Shown piece by piece: positions 52,349-59,204 of a stretch of 59,204 nucleotides of DNA. A program made the position numbers and the translations under genes. The notes under the pieces were generated by a model, which made no database searches, was not told the origin of the DNA, and saw only the letters and a list, made by a program, of their open reading frames with translations. Every line of letters starts with the position of its first letter. Position 1 is the stretch's first letter. The DNA is from Octopus bimaculoides (lineage: Eukaryota). The DNA is taken from contig NC_068999.1 in the NCBI RefSeq assembly GCF_001194135.2, forward strand, positions 44,579,794 through 44,638,997. The letters run 5' to 3'.

Positions 52349-52935
52349 CTGAAACAACATATGAAATACTTTCTTATATCGACTTAATTAATTAATATTA
52401 ACTTGGATGTATTACATGATCTTCCTAAACTGACAAATACAAAATGCATAGCACAAAACGATTGTTCGGGATTTAAAACGTCTACCTTGGAGAACAAAAA
52501 TCATTGTAACTTGCATGGAGGTTGTTGCAATTTGGTCGAAATCACGAGAAATTAGGTGATGCATTCGTTATATAAACGATTATGGTGATAATGATGATAA
52601 TGATGGTGATAATGATGATGACGGTGATGATGGTGATGATGATATGATGATGATGATGATGACAATGACAGTGATGATGATGATGATAATGTTGATAATA
52701 AACATTAATATTTATATACACACACATCTCCGCACTCCAATGTGTACGTACGTACACGCGCGCGCATACACACACACACACACACACACACACANNNNNN
52801 NNNNNNNNNNNNNNNNNNNNNNNNNNNNNNNNNNNNNNNNNNNNNNNNNNNNNNNNNNNNNNNNNNNNNNNNNNNNNNNNNNNNNNNNNNNNNNNNNNNN
52901 NNNNNNNNNNNNNNNNNNNNNNNNNNNNNNNNNNN

Positions 52936-52974
<39 letters not shown>

Positions 52975-53574
52975 CATGTGTGTTTCTGTCTATATATATG
53001 TATATATGTGTAAATGCATGTATAAATGTGTATAATACATATGGACACATGTAACAACTATTGAAGATTTTCGCTTCAAAACTCTCCAGGCATTCATATT
53101 CTAGCAACATATACCGAGGTAAACTAATGATGTATGCGAATACGTTAAGGTCCAAGTGTGATTGTGGAACATCTGTCGGTGTCTTCATGGTGCGTTTGTC
53201 TATGGATTTGTAAAGGTAACATTACCTGACTGTGAACATACGTTTTGTGTGTTTACGTGTTTGTGAGTGCGTTTCCGATAGCATCTCCATAACTGTCCAT
53301 GTGAAGTTAGACGTGGGCGAGCGAGATAGAGAGAAAGGAGAGATATAGAGATTTAGAGATTGATAGAAGGACAGAGAGACCGAGAGATGGAGAGAGAGAG
53401 AGAGGAGGTGGGAGAGGGAGAGAGAGAGAGGTGCCTGCAGCATTGGCAACTTTGTCGTCTATTTTAATGAGATACATTCAGCAGTTGAAGCAAAGTACAA
53501 AATGATTGATTGTTTTCTGCACCAAGTGTCAGCGACAACTTGCACGTAGTCAGTGCAACTAAGATGGCAGTAGC

Positions 53575-53670
53575 AGCAACAGCAGCAGAAGCAGCAGCAG
53601 CAGCAGTAGCGGCAGCAGTAGCGGCAGCAGTAGCGGCAGTAGTAGCGGCAGCAGTAGCGGCAGCTGTAGA
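53575..53670. repeat. (GCA)n evolving into a 12-bp GCAGCAGTAGCG minisatellite x5
   Basis: Direct inspection. Confidence 0.9.
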
Positions 53671-53898
53671 TGGAGACGAACCAATAGCAACAACAGCATC
53701 AACAACTGTTAGAACGAGCATTGTGCGGCGCTTTTGGTGAAAAACAAGGTCAAGACCAGTACAGAAAAGTAAAAGGTGAACTCTCGCGTTTAGAAAACAG
53801 CAAGAACAACAGGAATGAGTAGAATGAAATATGTAATAAGCACTACGAATGAAATCCGAGAGAAATATGAGGTTGTAAAAACAGCATCGATGATGATG

Positions 53899-53930
<32 letters not shown>

Positions 53931-53944
53931 GATACATACACAAA

Positions 53945-54101
53945 CATGGCTGTGTGGTAAGTAGCTTGCTTACCAACCACAAAGTCCCGGGTTCAGTCCC
54001 ACTGCGTGACATCTTGGGCAAGTGTTTTCTACTATAGCCTCGGGCCGACCAAAGCCTTGTGAGTGGATTTGGTAGACGGAAACTGAAAGAAGCCCATTGT
54101 A

Positions 54102-54142
<41 letters not shown>

Positions 54143-54368
54143 ATGTGTTTGTATGTCTGTGTTTGTCTCCCCCCCCCAACATCGCTTGACAACCGATGCT
54201 GGTGTGTTCACGTCCCCGTAACATTAGCGGTTCGGCAAAAGAGATCGATAGAATAAGTACTAGGCTTCCAAAGAATAAGTACTGGGGTCGATTTGCTCGA
54301 CTAAAGGTGGTGCTCCAGCATGGCCACAGTCAAAAGACTGAAACAAGTAAAAATAAAAAAAAAGAGTA
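53945..54368 (+). mobile_element. SINE family B, full length, well preserved (reference copy)
   Basis: GGCTGTGTGGTAAG A-box-like, GGGTTCAGTCCC B box, CTTGGGCAAG central domain, internal (TA)(TG)n, 3' domain and tail. Confidence 0.92.
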
Positions 54369-56087
54369 TATGTACAACGACGGAGGTCAAACGTCAAATA
54401 TTAAGAGAGAAAGAAAAATGATAAGAATTTTGAAGGATGCATAAAGAGAAAATTTAGTGGAGAAAGTGAGATGTGAGAAAGCTTAATAGGGTATCGTTGT
54501 ATGAAGGGAGACTGAGCAGATTAGGAGAATAAACGAACATTTGTGAAATTGCAACAGAAAACATGGCGATTGAATAAAAGCGAGAAAATATTTTGGTTGT
54601 AGCTTACCTGCTTTCTGTTGTTGCCGACGTTTTCACGGAGAATAATAGAAATTAATAATAACATTACAAAATTGATAATAATAATAATAATAATAATAAT
54701 ATTAATAATAATAATAAGAAGAATGATAATAATAATAATGATAACCTATTTATTCGTCATTCGTTCTCTTTCCCTTAATCTCTTCCAGGTAAAGAGGGCA
54801 GAGAAAGATTTTCGTAATCTCACAAATCAATTAAGTTGTGCCATTGAACGCTGCTAAAATACATGTAAGAAAGCTTGGCTACGGAGGCGCTTCTAAGCCA
54901 GCGAAGAGCGACACAAAGGGAGAGAAAATTGTAAAATGAACAACCTTGGGATAAGCTTAAGGAAAGCATTCTTTAGCATTACTGAACAGTTGCTATTTTA
55001 AAACGATTTACCNNNNNNNNNNNNNNNNNNNNNNNNNNNNNNNNNNNNNNNNNNNNNNNNNNNNNNNNNNNNNNNNNNNNNNNNNNNNNNNNNNNNNNNN
55101 NNNNNNNNNNNNNNNNNNNNNNNNNNNNNNNNNNNNNNNNNNNNNNNNNNNNNNNNNNNNNNNNNNNNNNNNNNNNNNNNNNNNNNNNNNNNNNNNNNNN
55201 NNNNNNNNNNNNNNNNNNNNNNNNNNNNNNNNNNNNNNNNNNNNNNNNNNNNNNNNNNNNNNNNNNNNNNNNNNNNNNNNNNNNNNNNNNNNNNNNNNNN
55301 NNNNNNNNNNNNNNNNNNNNNNNNNNNNNNNNNNNNAAAGCTTTGTATGGAATAATAATTGTGTTATTTCTTGAAGCGATGGTGAAATAACGGTGAGAAG
55401 TATGACATCCAATTCCACTCAAACCACACCAAACCAAGCCGACGCAACCCACCTCATTCTGCTTTGCGAAGACCGATTTCTTTGCTGGTCTTTAAGGGTT
55501 TTTGTTTCCCCACTAAACAATTTCATCTACATTCATTTACAATACCTCGTCAAAACAGCAAGATGAAATCTAACAAGAGAAGATATAACACAAGATAAGA
55601 CAACAATGGTGACATTTATTTATTTGCGCTGAGAACAAAGCAGGCTCTGGGTCGATAATGAAGAATATTGCATGCAGACTACGACAGTACAGAAATGCAT
55701 GGCATTTTTATGACTCTAAAAAATGTCGTAACAAGCAACGAAGGAGCTGCCATGCGTTACTCAACTTGGTAGAAATAGCAGCCAAATCGTTCTCAAATTG
55801 CATTCCTTTATAAAAGTAGAAGGATCTGGTTTTGGATATATTGATCCTGAATTTAAGTATGTCTAATTATAAACACGCAAGTTCAAGGTCATAGCTGCGT
55901 TAACTTTCATCATAGCCCTTATGAATGAGAGATGATCGAGAGCTAAATAACAATGACAGAAAAGTACAGGTCATTATTTTTAAGAAACTCATTGAGTTCG
56001 ATTACTATCTCGGTCGATTACATTTTTATTCTGCCGAAGTCGAGGACACGATGCACCAGTTACGTACTGGAGACCACACACACACAC

Positions 56088-56125
<38 letters not shown>

Positions 56126-56174
56126 GAAAGTGCAATTCATCCATAGATAATATGCATAGAATATCCATAGAAAA

Positions 56175-56336
56175 GGCGACGAGCTGGCAGAAACGTTTGC
56201 ACGCCGGCCGAAATGCTTAGCAGCATTTCGTCTGCCGCTAGTTTCTGAGTTCAAATTCCGCCGAAGTTAACTTTGCCTTTCATCCTTTCGGAGTCGATTA
56301 AATAAGTACCAGTTACGCACTGGGGTCGATCTAATC
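56175..56336 (+). mobile_element. SINE family A, lacking tail
   Basis: GGCGACGAGCTGGCAGAAACG..CTGGGGTCGATCTAATC. Confidence 0.9.
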
Positions 56337-57399
56337 TGGACTAATCTTAGAAACGCACAGCATTTTAATTTTATTTATTATTTTTTTTTTTTTTGTGATA
56401 ATCAGGAACTGTAGAATAACTTGTAAAATTCTACGCCGTTTCGAGTCAAATTTCTTTATATTCTAACTTCGGTCTGCACGGAAGCCAACGTTGGTTTTCA
56501 CCAACCTAAGGATTGGTTACCTACATAAATAGAAACCCTACAGAGAAATGGATCACTCAATAGCTCTCTCACCGCATGAGAGTGTATGACCTTGTTCTTA
56601 AGTTCGAAAAAGCATTTTTTTATCGGAGGTTATAACTATTTCTATACATACTCTGTACATCTAAATTTAAAAGCATTTTCTTTTTTTTTCGCTTTATTCT
56701 AGCTTATTGTTTGGTTTGTTTCTTTGGAGTGATTCACTGACGTTAAAAGATTTATGTGAGTTAGGTGAATAAGGCTTAATTCATTAAATATCTGGGTGTA
56801 GAAGTAGAAACTACAGGATCAATGTCTATATATTTTTAGAGTTCACTGGAGGAAGTGGCGATTGAATAGACGTCTGAATGACTCAGACTTAAAATAAATT
56901 AGCAAAGGAGATCCTCGGCTATAACAACACACCTAACTAGTTATCGGTTTGCTTTATTTGTATAGAAAGAATTGCGTGATAAAATAGTATAAAAAGGTTT
57001 GTTTATTTTTACTTTCGCAACATCGATATCTGTCCGCCATTTTAACTTGTTAAAAGATTGCGAACACGATGAATAGAAAACGTTTATAATAATATTATTT
57101 AATGAAGGAAAAAAATCAGACGGTGGTACTGACGTAGGGATGAATCAATGAATAAGACGATCCAAAGAACACGTGGTCAATCGATCAGCCTTGAAATAGC
57201 AGCCAAATACCTCACCACTCTCGAAAAAAAAAGACTACAGCCTTTAAATAAACCAAGGATGTGTTGTATATGCAATGACGGAGTCTTGGCATTTTAGGAA
57301 AGTGACTAACCATTTGTATCGAATCAAGCGAAGACTTTAGGTCAAATATGGGTAGGCAGAAACTGTGCAGAAGCCTATCCGATGGATTTTACTTGTTAT

Positions 57400-57578
57400 C
57401 TAAAGGTGCATCCTTGTCACAGACTGTTCCACGCTGATTCAGTCAGAAAATTACTCTAAGAGTACAATCGCCACTGGATGCTCATTTCCAGAGATGGTGT
57501 ACCCTTGCAAAACAATTCGATGAGCAGTTCATTTACTGGATCGAACAACTGAATTCTCATCGTCGAAACCGACGGAGA
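57400..57578 (+). mobile_element. Old, diverged SINE family C 3' domain
   Basis: CCTTGTCACA..CACGCTGA..AATTAC..TAAG.GTACA..CTC.TCGTCGAAACCGACGGAG aligns to the reverse complement of 58742-58910. Confidence 0.55.
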
Positions 57579-58741
57579 ATCTTTTTATTTACTTATTTCA
57601 TTCACTCATTGCGGCCACGCTGGGTCCCAGAAATTAAAAAAAAAAAACAGATAGCTATGTTTGATGAAATTTTATTGAGGGTTAAACAATTACAACGCCA
57701 TCAACAGCAGCAGCAGCAACAACAACAACAACAACAGCAACAACAACAACAACAGCAACAACAGCAGACGCAGAGTACCACAATAAATGCTTCGTGGTAA
57801 TACTAGTTTGTGACTACGTCTTAGACTTACTATAATTCCATTCTTACCAAGGGAAACGGAAATTGCACTGCAGTTTCAATCCCTGGCTAGAAATATTTTC
57901 TAGCACTTTCGCTACTAACTGGCATAGAAAAGGCATGAAAGCCTAACATTCTATTTCCGTTGTCCATAAATTGTTAAGTATCCCGAATAAATTCGTTTGT
58001 TAAAACGCATTTTGTAGTATTTTGGGAGGGTCATTATGCCAATAATTAATACACGTGCTGGCTCTATTTCACTTCTTTTATATTTATCATTTTGTTAACC
58101 AATCAACCAATTAACTAATCAATTGTCGGATTCATTGTTCAGTCAAGTAAACAACAGGTACAAAGAAATTATAAATGTAAGCACACAAATCAATCTGATT
58201 GAAGAATGACAGAATAAATTAGAAAATAAATACCTTTGAATTGGTCTACGTCAATAAAGATTATTACTTTTTCACCGGTTAATCTGAACGCAAAACTGAT
58301 CGAATAGATTATGACAAAAGGCGTTCTAGCCGTGACTATTCAAATTTCTATATATTAAACTATATCGTTGAAAGTGTCCTATATTTAGTAACTCGCTAGG
58401 ATATGGTTTGGGGTGAGTTTCAGCTGCAGTTTCTAAAAGATTGATTAAGTACCTAAAAGCTATTGTTGATTCATTTAGAATTAACTAAGTACCAGTAATA
58501 CATTCGTGTCTATTCAAACCAATATACACCTAATTTACTCATGTTCTGATCCTTTTTTGTTAATATATCGTGTTCTACGTATGTGTGCGCCAGTGTATTA
58601 TATGAGAACAATTATACATATAAATATGTAAATATGTATGCATGCATGTATGTATGTATGTATGCAAACATATATGCATGCGTGCGTGTTTGTATAAATG
58701 TATGTAACCCTTTCAATGCCGATTATCTCCCCCAATATCAA

Positions 58742-59071
58742 GGAGCGCTCCGTCGGTTACGACGACGAGGGTTCCAGCTGATCCGATCAACGGAACAGCT
58801 TGCTAGTGAAATTATCGTGCAAGTGGCTGAGCACTCAACAGACACGTGTAACCCTTAACGTAATTCTCAGGGAGATTCAGCGTGACATAGAGTGCGACAA
58901 GGAAGGCTGGCCCCTTTGAAATAATAGGTGCAAGTCATTTTTGCCAGCTGCGTGGACTGCAGCAACGTGAAATAAAGTGTCTTGCTCAAGGACACAATGC
59001 GTAACCGGGAATGGAACTCACGACCTTACGATCGTGAGCCGAGTGCCCTAACCACTGGGTCACGCACCTTC
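58742..59071 (-). mobile_element. SINE family C, full length (reference copy)
   Basis: Reverse complement: CCCAGTGGTTAGGGCAC A box, GAGTTCCATTCCC B box, CCTTGAGCAAGACACTTTATTTCAC domain, 3' domain shared with 14525-14690. Confidence 0.9.
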
Positions 59072-59204
59072 AGAATGCTGATTATAGAGCATATAAGTAT
59101 ACATGTTTGGCTAAAATATTTCATTTTCTTTCTTGTGCCTTACGTTTTACCCTACACAGTCTTTCATATGCACTTATATATATATATATATTTATATACA
59201 TATA

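Noticed and set aside
53464-54192. 242-aa minus ORF and 76-aa plus poly-Ala ORF
   Set aside because: Built from a SINE-B head, (GAT)n and a GCA-derived minisatellite.
8542-59071. SINE heads as functional tRNA genes
   Set aside because: They lack complete acceptor stems and continue into shared non-tRNA bodies present in multiple diverged copies.

Overview
AT-rich, microsatellite-saturated eukaryotic DNA. It contains 20 assembly gaps (about 6 kb of N), almost all flanked by (TA)n, (TC)n or other simple repeats. The tRNA-derived SINE families and repeat density resemble Octopus (cephalopod) genomic DNA; this is an inference, since no search was run. I cannot support any intact protein-coding gene: nearly all ORF-track entries are translations of microsatellites, N-gaps or repeats. 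The window looks intergenic or deep-intronic. It holds at least four interspersed tRNA-SINE families (called A-D here), 3' remnants of two LINE types (L1/Tx1-like; R4/Dong-like x2), Tc1/mariner-type MITEs (one nested inside a TA-flanked element with 100-bp TIRs), a Tigger/pogo-like end, a lone tRNA-like cloverleaf and local tandem duplications. The most interesting signal is family D: a tRNA head, an internal (AAT/AAC)n tract and a 3' segment that folds as a decayed minimal type-I hammerhead ribozyme of the Penelope-like-element kind. An unrelated element on the minus strand carries a motif with the same architecture. A SINE-A variant also shares its 3' end with the L1/Tx1-like LINE remnant. 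A few weak exon candidates are listed, including a 27-nt microexon. All coordinates were read by eye and are approximate to a few bases.
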